Assembly (NCBI GenBank): GCA_947624735.1
Contig: CANQLM010000001.1
Location: 1 to 46,048 of the forward strand
Source: an uncultured Clostridia bacterium
GTDB taxonomy: Bacteria; Bacillota; Clostridia; TANB77; CAG-508
Direction of reading: 5' to 3'
DNA: 46,048 bases
Below, one piece after another: positions 16,271 to 24,399 of the stretch (position 1 is the first letter of the stretch; every line of letters starts with the position of its first letter). The notes beneath the pieces are model-generated. The model was given only the letters and a program-made list of their open reading frames with translations, searched no databases and was not told the origin of the DNA. The position numbers and the translations under genes are program-made.

Positions 16271-18465
16271 TATTCTTTAACCACCTTATTATCTAAATGC
16301 AATACTCTTTCCTTTATTTCTTGTGTTCTTCCTTTATTCCAGAAATTAGTACCTATATATCCACAAGTTCTTCTTGCTACGTTTAATGTGTTGTGGTCTC
16401 TATTTCCGCAATTTGGACAATACCATTCCATATTTTCATCTATTAAAATTTCTCCATCATATCCGCATTTTTGGCAGTAGTCAGATTTAGTGTTTAGTTC
16501 AGCATACATAATATTGTCATATATAAATTGTATTACTTCTAGAATTGAATCAAGATTATTTTGTAGATTTGGTGTTTCTATATAAGATATTGCACCACCT
16601 GGGCTTAATCTTTGGAATTCACTTTCTAGAGCAAGTTTTGAGAATGCATCTATTTCTTCAAATACTGGTACGTGATATGAGTTAGTTATATAATCTCTAT
16701 CTGTAATTCCTTTTATTGTTCCAAATCTTTCTCTTAAGCATTTTGCAAATTTATATGTTGTAGATTCTATTGGTGTACCATATACTGAATAATCAATGTC
16801 TTCTTCTTCTTTCCATTTCTTTGCTGCATCATTTAAGTGTTGCATTATTTCTAGTCCTAATTTCTTTCCTTCTCCATTGTCAGTATGTGAATGACCTGTC
16901 ATATATTTTACACATTCATATAATCCTGCATATCCAAGTGAAATAGTTGAATATCCATGATGTAATAATTCATGAATAGATTCTCCTTCTTCTAGTCTTG
17001 CTAATGCACCATATTGCCATAATATAGGGGCTACATCACTTGTTGCATTGCTTAATCTCTTATGTCTTATTTGTAAAGCTCTATGGCAAAGTTCTAGTCT
17101 TTCGTCAAATATTTTCCAGAATTTATCTATATCTTTTTCTGATGAAAGGGCAACGTCTGGTAAATTAATTGTAACAACACCTTGATTAAATCTACCATAG
17201 TATTTTCCTTTGCCTTTAACATAATTTTTTGCTTTTGCTATATTTCCTAAACTCATTGTTCTATCTGGAGTAAGGAATGAACGACATCCCATGCATGGAT
17301 AACACTCTCCATCTCCATTTTCGTTTTTCTTTAATTGTAACATCATTTTTTCAGAAATATAGTCTGGAACCATTCTTTTTGCAGTACATTTTGCTGCAAG
17401 TTCTGTTAAATACCAGTATTTGCTTTCTTTATGTATATTATCTTCTTCAAGAATATATAAAAGTTTTGGGAATGCAGGAGTAATATATACACCTTTTTTG
17501 TTCTTAAATCCTAATATTCTTTGTTTTAAGAATTCTTCAATTATCATAGCAAGTTCATCTTTATATTCTTTTGTTTCACCTAAATACATACATACTGATA
17601 AGAATGGTGCTTGTCCATTTGTATTTGTCATTGAATTTACTTGATAATTAAATGTTTGTACTCCATCTTCTACTTCTTTTTTAGTATCTTCCATTGCAAA
17701 TTTTTTGCAATCTTCTTCTTTTAAATTTCTTCTTTTATATTTCTCGTAATATCTATTATAACTATCTCTTACAAATGGAGCTAAGTGTGTAAGTGATATT
17801 GTTGCTCCTCCATAGCTTGAAGATGTAACTGCTAAAATAATCTGTGTTGCAATTGTTGCTGCTGTAATAAATCTATGTGGTTTTTCTATCATTACACCAT
17901 TAATATTTGTTCCATTTTGAAGCATGTCTTCTAGATTTATTAATTCGCAATTATGTAAAGCATTTTGGGCAAAGTAATCTGCATCGTGAAAATGGATTAT
18001 TCCTGAATCATGTGCTTTTACTATATCTTCTGGAAGTAAGAACCTTCTAGTGATATCTGTACTTGTGATTCCTGCTAGATAATCTCTTTGTGTAGTTACT
18101 ACTTGTGCATTTTTGTTTGAGTTTTCATTATTCCAATACTCATTTTCTCCTTCAATTAATTCCTTAATTGTTTGGTCTGTAGTATTAGCTTTTCTAACTA
18201 ATTCTCTTGTATATCTATATGTAATATACTTTTTAGCTAGTTGATATTTATCAAGTTCCATTAGTTTTTCTTCTATTATGTCTTGTATATCTTCAACTAA
18301 AATTCTTTTCTTATTTAGTTCTTCTATATACTTAATTATGCCTTCTATCTCGTCTTTTGATACTTTTTCTTTACCTTTTACCTCGTTATTTGCTTTTCCT
18401 ATTGCTATTCTAATTTTCTCTGGATCATAGTCAACTATATGTCCGTCTCTTTTTATGATTTTCAT
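16270..18465 (-). CDS. nrdD: Anaerobic ribonucleoside-triphosphate reductase (class III)
   Basis: 731 aa with an N-terminal ATP-cone, C-terminal Zn ribbon CQKCGY...CPNCG and glycyl-radical motif RRTCGYIG. Confidence 0.95.
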   Translation of the reverse strand: MKIIKRDGHIVDYDPEKIRIAIGKANNEVKGKEKVSKDEIEGIIKYIEELNKKRILVEDIQDIIEEKLMELDKYQLAKKYITYRYTRELVRKANTTDQTIKELIEGENEYWNNENSNKNAQVVTTQRDYLAGITSTDITRRFLLPEDIVKAHDSGIIHFHDADYFAQNALHNCELINLEDMLQNGTNINGVMIEKPHRFITAATIATQIILAVTSSSYGGATISLTHLAPFVRDSYNRYYEKYKRRNLKEEDCKKFAMEDTKKEVEDGVQTFNYQVNSMTNTNGQAPFLSVCMYLGETKEYKDELAMIIEEFLKQRILGFKNKKGVYITPAFPKLLYILEEDNIHKESKYWYLTELAAKCTAKRMVPDYISEKMMLQLKKNENGDGECYPCMGCRSFLTPDRTMSLGNIAKAKNYVKGKGKYYGRFNQGVVTINLPDVALSSEKDIDKFWKIFDERLELCHRALQIRHKRLSNATSDVAPILWQYGALARLEEGESIHELLHHGYSTISLGYAGLYECVKYMTGHSHTDNGEGKKLGLEIMQHLNDAAKKWKEEEDIDYSVYGTPIESTTYKFAKCLRERFGTIKGITDRDYITNSYHVPVFEEIDAFSKLALESEFQRLSPGGAISYIETPNLQNNLDSILEVIQFIYDNIMYAELNTKSDYCQKCGYDGEILIDENMEWYCPNCGNRDHNTLNVARRTCGYIGTNFWNKGRTQEIKERVLHLDNKVVKE

Positions 18466-18583
18466 TTCTTTTGTTTCCCCTTTCTTTTTTAATTTAAAAA
18501 AATTTTATCAATAATCAATATAAATAAAAAGTTGCACTTGCACCTTTTTTAAAAATATGTTAAAATTCTTTTGGGTGATAATT

Positions 18584-19216
18584 ATGAGTGGTCCTTTTGC
18601 TGATTTATCAAGGGTTCAGATAAATAAATTATATAATTTATTAGGTGTACACATCTATGATTTTAATAAAAACCAAGAAATTCTGCCTACTATAAAGAAT
18701 GAGAATATTATTGGAATTATTTTAGATGGTTATGCTCAAATTGTTAATATGGAATATAACGGAAATGAAATAATTATTGAAAATTTATTTAAGGATGATG
18801 TATTTGGTAGTAACATATCATTAACTAATAATGAAAGTTATCAAATAATTTCAAGAAAACATACTCAAGTATTAGTTATTGATTATGATAAGTTATTAAA
18901 TCCTGTAAATTTAAAGTATTCTTATTTTAATATTTTTTTTAGAAATCTGTTTGATATTATTAATACTAAATTTAAGGAAAGAAATGAGAGAATAAAAATA
19001 TTAGAGCAAAAGCAAATAAGAGAAAAATTGTTAGAATATTTTGAGATGCAACATAAAAAAAGTCGTCTAAAAAATATTTATTTGCCCTTTGCTTTAAAAG
19101 ATTTAGCAGATTATATGGCAGTTAATAGGTCTGCTATGTTTAGAGAGTTAAGAAACTTAAAAGACGATAATCTTATTAAAGTTGATGGTAAGAAAATCAC
19201 ATTATTATATAAATAA
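18584..19216 (+). CDS. Crp/Fnr-family transcriptional regulator
   Basis: cNMP-binding-like N-domain and C-terminal HTH LADYMAVNRSAMFRELRNLKDDNLI. Start chosen at ATG 18584 (GGGTGA 5 nt upstream) rather than 18557. It is divergent from nrdDG. Confidence 0.75.
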   Translation: MSGPFADLSRVQINKLYNLLGVHIYDFNKNQEILPTIKNENIIGIILDGYAQIVNMEYNGNEIIIENLFKDDVFGSNISLTNNESYQIISRKHTQVLVIDYDKLLNPVNLKYSYFNIFFRNLFDIINTKFKERNERIKILEQKQIREKLLEYFEMQHKKSRLKNIYLPFALKDLADYMAVNRSAMFRELRNLKDDNLIKVDGKKITLLYK

Positions 19217-19228
19217 TAGAGAATGTTT

Positions 19229-19271
19229 AATAAACCATTTACCCTGTCAAAAGTAGAATGGTTTATTTTTT
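19229..19271 (+). terminator. Intrinsic terminator AATAAACCATT-N17-AATGGTTTATT plus T-run
   Basis: 11-bp stem at 19229-19239/19257-19267 and T-run to 19271. It lies 13 nt after the regulator stop. Confidence 0.6.
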
Positions 19272-19287
19272 CATTCTATAATTACTA

Positions 19288-19989
19288 TTACTTTCTAAAG
19301 TCTTTATTTAATTCTTTTTCTTCTTTTACATTTCTTTTTTCTTCATCAACATATTCTAGATAAATTTTTTTATCAAAAGCTCCTTTTTTATTTGTCTTTG
19401 CTTTCATAATATTATAAACTTCTTCAATTTTATAACCTTTTAATTTCATTATAGTATTTATTACTTCCATTAAATCGCCTAGTTCTTCAATACTATCTTC
19501 TTCTATAAATTCATTTGCTTCTTCTAAAACCTTTTTATTCAATTCAGTTAAATATTCTGTATCATTAAGGATTTTGTATTTACTTTTTCTGCCTGGTTCA
19601 CTATCAATATTCTCTGGAATTTTGTCCCTTACTAATTTATTATATGTATATCTAAAGCTATTGCTAATTAATGAAATTTTTATTCCAATTACTCCGTATT
19701 TTTTCTCTTTTTCTGGTAAATATATTTCATACATTTCTTTAACTTTTTTTGATATCTCTTCTTCGCCATTATATAATTTTTTAAATAATTTTTCAAAAGT
19801 ATCTTCTCTATATAGTTCAACAACATTAACTAATAACTTTTCTTGTAGTTCAGGTAATTTTGAAAATTCTATTTGGTCTCCAACCCTTATCTGTTGTCTT
19901 TTTTCGTCATATAATCTAAATTCTACTGTTTTTGTCCCATTTTTTATTTTTTCAAATGGTCTCTCATTTAATTTCATTTTATGTAACAT
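19288..19989 (-). CDS. ASCH domain fused to a MazG-like/PRA-PH-like NTP pyrophosphohydrolase
   Basis: 233 aa. N-terminal ASCH pattern MKLNERPFEKIKNGTKTVEFRLYDEKRQQIRVGDQIEF. C-terminal YNKLVRDKIPENI...EEANEF...EELGDLMEVI. SD AAGGAG lies 8 nt upstream. Confidence 0.7.
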   Translation of the reverse strand: MLHKMKLNERPFEKIKNGTKTVEFRLYDEKRQQIRVGDQIEFSKLPELQEKLLVNVVELYREDTFEKLFKKLYNGEEEISKKVKEMYEIYLPEKEKKYGVIGIKISLISNSFRYTYNKLVRDKIPENIDSEPGRKSKYKILNDTEYLTELNKKVLEEANEFIEEDSIEELGDLMEVINTIMKLKGYKIEEVYNIMKAKTNKKGAFDKKIYLEYVDEEKRNVKEEKELNKDFRK

Positions 19990-20033
19990 ACATATTTCTC
20001 CTTAACTTACTTTATAATATACTTTTCTATAAT

Positions 20034-20351
20034 TTATCGTTCTTCATCAAATTCTTTAACTCTTGTATTTACACCATCTATTATTTTATATTCTCTTTTA
20101 GAGTTTTTATAGACTTTCTTCTGGATTTCATCTTCTAAATCTATTCCTAGTATTTCTGATAGTCCTAATAAATATATCGCAATGTCAGCCAATTCTTCTC
20201 CTAAATCTTTTTTCTTTTTTCTCCACGCTTCATATGCTTCAGAGACCTCTCCATATGTTAAGCAAAACTCTTTATTAACATCTGTTACATTAAATCCTTT
20301 ATTTACTTTGTTTTGATATATTTCTTTTTGTAACTTTTTTAAATCTACCAT
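20034..20351 (-). CDS. MazG-like nucleotide pyrophosphohydrolase (small, single domain)
   Basis: 105 aa from ATG 20351, which has SD GGAGG 8 nt upstream. Motifs GEVSEAYEA and EELADIAIYLL. The longer 141-aa ORF overlaps the upstream gene and lacks an SD. Confidence 0.7.
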   Translation of the reverse strand: MVDLKKLQKEIYQNKVNKGFNVTDVNKEFCLTYGEVSEAYEAWRKKKKDLGEELADIAIYLLGLSEILGIDLEDEIQKKVYKNSKREYKIIDGVNTRVKEFDEER

Positions 20352-20376
20352 ATTAATTACCTCCATATATTTATTT

Positions 20377-20895
20377 TTAATATTGTATTTCTTCTTTAAA
20401 TTTAATTTTATACCATTTATTAAGTTGCTTTCTTGTTTTAAAAATATGAATTTTATCACTATTAACTTCTTTTAATATTTCAATAATTTGTTGTCTTTTA
20501 TTTTTTCTCCAATTAACTACCCACCAGAAAAAATTCCAACTCATTCTTTCTTTGCAACCTTGTATTTCTTTTTTCTCTTTTCCATGACTTTTTATAAACC
20601 TTACTAAAATACCTTTTACTTGTGCAATAGTTGAATAGTCTAAATAGATTACATAATCTGCCTTTTCTAAACGTTGTTTTAATGTGGCATGATAAGTTCC
20701 ATCTATAATCCATTTCTCTTCATCAGCTTTTTCTAAAATAATTTTATCACGTTCGCCTTTGTCTCGTGCCTCCCAATTTTCAAAATAGTTTATGCCATCT
20801 ATATGGTATACTGGCAGATTAAGTTGTTTTCCTAAATTATTTGCTAATGTCGTTTTTCCTGTTCCACTACCTCCAATTATACATATACGATTCAT
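20377..20895 (-). CDS. P-loop NTPase, FlaR/adenylate-kinase-like (topology modulation protein family)
   Basis: 172 aa with Walker A IIGGSGTGKTTLA. Size and layout are typical of FlaR-like kinases. SD AAGGAG lies upstream. Confidence 0.7.
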   Translation of the reverse strand: MNRICIIGGSGTGKTTLANNLGKQLNLPVYHIDGINYFENWEARDKGERDKIILEKADEEKWIIDGTYHATLKQRLEKADYVIYLDYSTIAQVKGILVRFIKSHGKEKKEIQGCKERMSWNFFWWVVNWRKNKRQQIIEILKEVNSDKIHIFKTRKQLNKWYKIKFKEEIQY

Positions 20896-20934
20896 AAATA
20901 ATCTCCTTAATAATTTTTATATAATATATCAGAA

Positions 20935-20964
20935 AAGCAAATGATTGTAAATAATCATTTGCTT
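20935..20964. repeat. Palindromic element AAGCAAATGATT-GTAAAT-AATCATTTGCTT (copy 2 of 2)
   Basis: 12-bp perfect stem, 11 nt downstream of the DUF308 gene stop. It differs from copy 1 by one loop base. Confidence 0.6.
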
Positions 20965-20974
20965 ATTTCTTTCA

Positions 20975-21511
20975 CTATAATAATTCATCTACATTTTTTA
21001 TGAAAATTATGCTTTCTATTAAATTCATTATTGAATATACTAAAATTATTATTCCTATGCTTAAAACTATTGCTCCACTTTGGAATAGCATACATAAACC
21101 ACCAATTATCATTATAATTGATAATATTAAAGACAAACTCCACATACTTATTTGTGCTGTGCGTAGCTTTAATGAAAAAGATAATCTAATAAGTCCACTA
21201 TATATTATCCATAATGAAATCATTATTCTAAACATTGATTCAATTAAATTACCACAGAATATTGTTATTAGCCCAATTACAATTGCAATTATTCCATAAA
21301 TCAAATCATAATTATAGAAATCATATTTTCCTTTTGATAGGAAATAATCTACACATTTCATAACTCCTATTGCAATAAACATTATTCCTAAAACATAAGA
21401 AATTATTTTAACTGCTGTATCTGTTTTTACTATCATAAATATACCTATTATTGCAAATATTATAGATACTAAAATATCTATCCAACTTGACTTTTTTAAA
21501 AAATTTTTCAT
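20975..21511 (-). CDS. HdeD/DUF308-family membrane protein
   Basis: About 178 aa with 6 predicted TM helices. Start taken at ATG 21511 (GGAGG 8 nt upstream) instead of the TTG at 21526. Confidence 0.6.
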   Translation of the reverse strand: MKNFLKKSSWIDILVSIIFAIIGIFMIVKTDTAVKIISYVLGIMFIAIGVMKCVDYFLSKGKYDFYNYDLIYGIIAIVIGLITIFCGNLIESMFRIMISLWIIYSGLIRLSFSLKLRTAQISMWSLSLILSIIMIIGGLCMLFQSGAIVLSIGIIILVYSIMNLIESIIFIKNVDELL

Positions 21512-21528
21512 TTTCTTTTCCTCCAATT

Positions 21529-22503
21529 TTAATTTTGATTAGAAATTTGCTGTCCTTTAATTAAATTATAATTTATCAAATCATTACTATCTAGATTTTC
21601 TTTATTCATATCAATAGCTGTAATTTGACTATTTTCATAAGTTTTATAATAATAAATTCCTTTATCCATATTACAGCAAGAACTATAAATAGTTATTTCA
21701 TATAAGTTTTCTCCCATTTTTACGCACCCTCTTTGTTGGCAAACTGAATCTAAAATGTGAAAGAATTGACTTATGCTTTCTGATTCTGAATCTCCTGAAA
21801 TAGAGTTCATTTTAGTAAATGTTGCTTTTACAAATCTTGATGCAGAAGATAAGTCTCCTGGAAGTCCCATTGCTCCCATACCTCTACTATAAGTTTTTAA
21901 ATTTAATTTACTTGAAAAATTATTTGCAGGTGGATTTATTGATAAGTTCATATAATTGTTTAAATTAAACATTTGGATATCAAATGTTGGATTATTAGTA
22001 AGTACACCTACTGGATTGTCATATACTTTAAGTCCGCTTTTTACACTTTCTACTGTTATTGAACATTCTTTGTCAGCTATAATCCAATGCAAAGGTGATG
22101 CTGGTAGTTCTTGACTAAAATTGATTAATGCAATATTTACATTTTCTAATAATTTTTTTGCTTCACTAATATTTGCACATTGTGCTAAAACGTAAGGAAT
22201 AAATTCAAATGGAGCAATATTATTTTTATCGGATTTTTCTTCCTTATAGTCTGCATTATCAGGAAAATTTAATCCAGCCATTCCCAAGCCTTTTTCATTA
22301 ATTGCATCATAATAAAGTGGATAATTATCTGATACATAAGCCATTCCTATCATAGCATAATGCTCTTTTAAGTCTTCTACCTTTCTAAATTTAAATTCAT
22401 AATTTCTAGGCGTTATTGTTACTGTTTCCTTGTATGAATATTCTAAATCCAAATTTCTTCCAAAATAATGGTCTCTTGTACTATAAGTTACTGCTGTACA
22501 CAT
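21529..22503 (-). CDS. Choloylglycine hydrolase family protein (bile salt hydrolase / penicillin V acylase, Ntn hydrolase)
   Basis: 324 aa with N-terminal Met-Cys nucleophile MCTAVTY and FGRNLDLE. Typical length. SD GGAGG lies upstream. Confidence 0.85.
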   Translation of the reverse strand: MCTAVTYSTRDHYFGRNLDLEYSYKETVTITPRNYEFKFRKVEDLKEHYAMIGMAYVSDNYPLYYDAINEKGLGMAGLNFPDNADYKEEKSDKNNIAPFEFIPYVLAQCANISEAKKLLENVNIALINFSQELPASPLHWIIADKECSITVESVKSGLKVYDNPVGVLTNNPTFDIQMFNLNNYMNLSINPPANNFSSKLNLKTYSRGMGAMGLPGDLSSASRFVKATFTKMNSISGDSESESISQFFHILDSVCQQRGCVKMGENLYEITIYSSCCNMDKGIYYYKTYENSQITAIDMNKENLDSNDLINYNLIKGQQISNQN

Positions 22504-22516
22504 AAAGTTTCCTCCT

Positions 22517-24271
22517 TCATTTTACTAAATAAACATCAGATGAATTAAGTCTTTCTAAATATCTTGTACTGTTTAAATTTAATGTATTTTTTATTATGTT
22601 TAAGATTTCGTCATTATTTTGTCCATCATTTATAAATATTAGTATTCCATTTGAAGTGTCTTTTTGCGAAGTTATATTTTTAACTTTTTCTTCACTATAT
22701 TTAAAATCTTTAACTATGTATGATTCATTTATATATGTAAATAGTAGTATATCATCTAAAAATCTATTATGATTAGAGTCGAAAAAGTATAATGCTGGTA
22801 AACTAGAGTTATCCTTTATTATTTCTGTAATATTACGTTTATCAGAGAATAAAACTTCTGGTTCTAGTTTAAAATCTTTTATGTATAATAATATATCATC
22901 TAATGACATATTTGTAAAGTTTGATATAATATTTATTGGTATAGATATTTCGTTTTTTAAATTTTCAGCAATTTCTGTTTTGTTTGAGTATGAAGTTTCT
23001 TGTTCACTTCTAAATTTTCTTCCAAGTGCTAGGTCTATAACTTTATTACTTACAACTGGCATTATTAGTATTAATAAATATATGCTTATTATTACTTTAT
23101 TCATAGTGCTTTCTTTAAAAATATTTTCGCTAATTTTAATTATATAGTAAATTACAAGTATAAAGATTAAGTTACCGACTGGCATTATATATCTTAGTGT
23201 TTTATATGGTGATGATAATGACACTAGTATTACATAAAATAATGTTGGAATTGCTATATATTTTATATATTTATTTTTTGTTTTGGTTTGTGTAATTTTT
23301 CTTGATTTTCTGTAAATAATTATTCCAAATATAAAAAGTAAAATTATAAATAACGCATTGTTGAATATGTACACATTAGTTATAAAAATATATTCACATA
23401 TACTAACTATGGCTTGGGGTATATTTGTTAAACTACTTATTGCTCCTTGTCCTCTATATCCAAAAAAGATATGCTTGATTGAATATGGAAATATAGCCAA
23501 TGATATAATTCCTGCTAAAATTATAGTTCCTAAATATTTTGCTAATTCTTTATAGTTCTTTTGTTTTATATATTTTATTGTAAACATTATAACTAATATT
23601 GCTAGGTAAAATAAATAATAGTAATGCGTTAAAGAACCAATTAATGCCAGTGTTCCTATTGCTAACAATAATTTGTAATTACTCTTGTTTTGTTCTAAAA
23701 GTTTTAAATGCAAATATGTTGTTATAACAATATTTAGAGTTGTAAGTGCGTACATTCTTATATATATAACATTACTTATAGAAGCTAAAGTTACACTAGA
23801 TAGTAAAGCAAGTATTGCAGATTTTATTTGATGATTTTTGTTTTCCCTTAATAATTTTTTAATAATTAAGTATACAAAAATCGTAATAAATTCATAGATA
23901 ATTATATTTAGTGCTATACCAGACCATTTTGAAAAAGTTCCTATATGAAATCCCATTGCAATTCTTAATAGTAAATAATATAGTGGCGGATGAACGTCAT
24001 TTTTTTGATTTTCATACACAGGTGAAAAATTATCTTTTTCATTTTCATTTACTTCTAAATAATCTTCATAATATTCTTTAGTATGCCAATTATCGTAAAA
24101 ATCACTATTTTCTTGTATTTCTGTTTTATCATAGTTTGCAAGTCCTAAAGAATATGCTTCATCCATATGAATATATGATTTATTGATTTCTGCTATTATA
24201 AATATAATTGTCTGAATGATTAAAATTGCTACTACAATTAATATTTCCTTTTTTCTTCTTTCTAGTTTCAT
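22517..24271 (-). CDS. GT-C fold membrane glycosyltransferase (PMT_2/ArnT-like, GT39/GT83-type), putative
   Basis: 584 aa with about 11 TM helices in the N-terminal 400 aa. Acidic first-loop motif HMDEAYSLG. Soluble C-terminal domain. Confidence 0.55.
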   Translation of the reverse strand: MKLERRKKEILIVVAILIIQTIIFIIAEINKSYIHMDEAYSLGLANYDKTEIQENSDFYDNWHTKEYYEDYLEVNENEKDNFSPVYENQKNDVHPPLYYLLLRIAMGFHIGTFSKWSGIALNIIIYEFITIFVYLIIKKLLRENKNHQIKSAILALLSSVTLASISNVIYIRMYALTTLNIVITTYLHLKLLEQNKSNYKLLLAIGTLALIGSLTHYYYLFYLAILVIMFTIKYIKQKNYKELAKYLGTIILAGIISLAIFPYSIKHIFFGYRGQGAISSLTNIPQAIVSICEYIFITNVYIFNNALFIILLFIFGIIIYRKSRKITQTKTKNKYIKYIAIPTLFYVILVSLSSPYKTLRYIMPVGNLIFILVIYYIIKISENIFKESTMNKVIISIYLLILIMPVVSNKVIDLALGRKFRSEQETSYSNKTEIAENLKNEISIPINIISNFTNMSLDDILLYIKDFKLEPEVLFSDKRNITEIIKDNSSLPALYFFDSNHNRFLDDILLFTYINESYIVKDFKYSEEKVKNITSQKDTSNGILIFINDGQNNDEILNIIKNTLNLNSTRYLERLNSSDVYLVK

Positions 24272-24350
24272 TCTTTTCCTCTCAAATCATTGTATTTCTA
24301 TCTTTTTAGAGAGTATGTAATTTATGATTTGTATGTTAAAAGTATAACAA

Positions 24351-24385
24351 AAAAGTAAGAAATTATCAATTAATTTCTTACTTTT
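24351..24385. terminator. Bidirectional hairpin terminator AAAAGTAAGAAATTA-TCAAT-TAATTTCTTACTTTT
   Basis: 15-bp stem including flanking A/T runs. It lies 15 nt downstream of the adhesin stop at 24400. Confidence 0.65.
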
Positions 24386-24399
24386 TCTTAACTTATGTA

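Noticed and set aside
18466-18556. Looked for a cobalamin riboswitch, NrdR boxes or a canonical FNR box upstream of nrdD
   Set aside because: The leader is too short (about 90 nt) for a riboswitch. No ACACWATATATWGTGT-like or TTGAT-N4-ATCAA motif is present.
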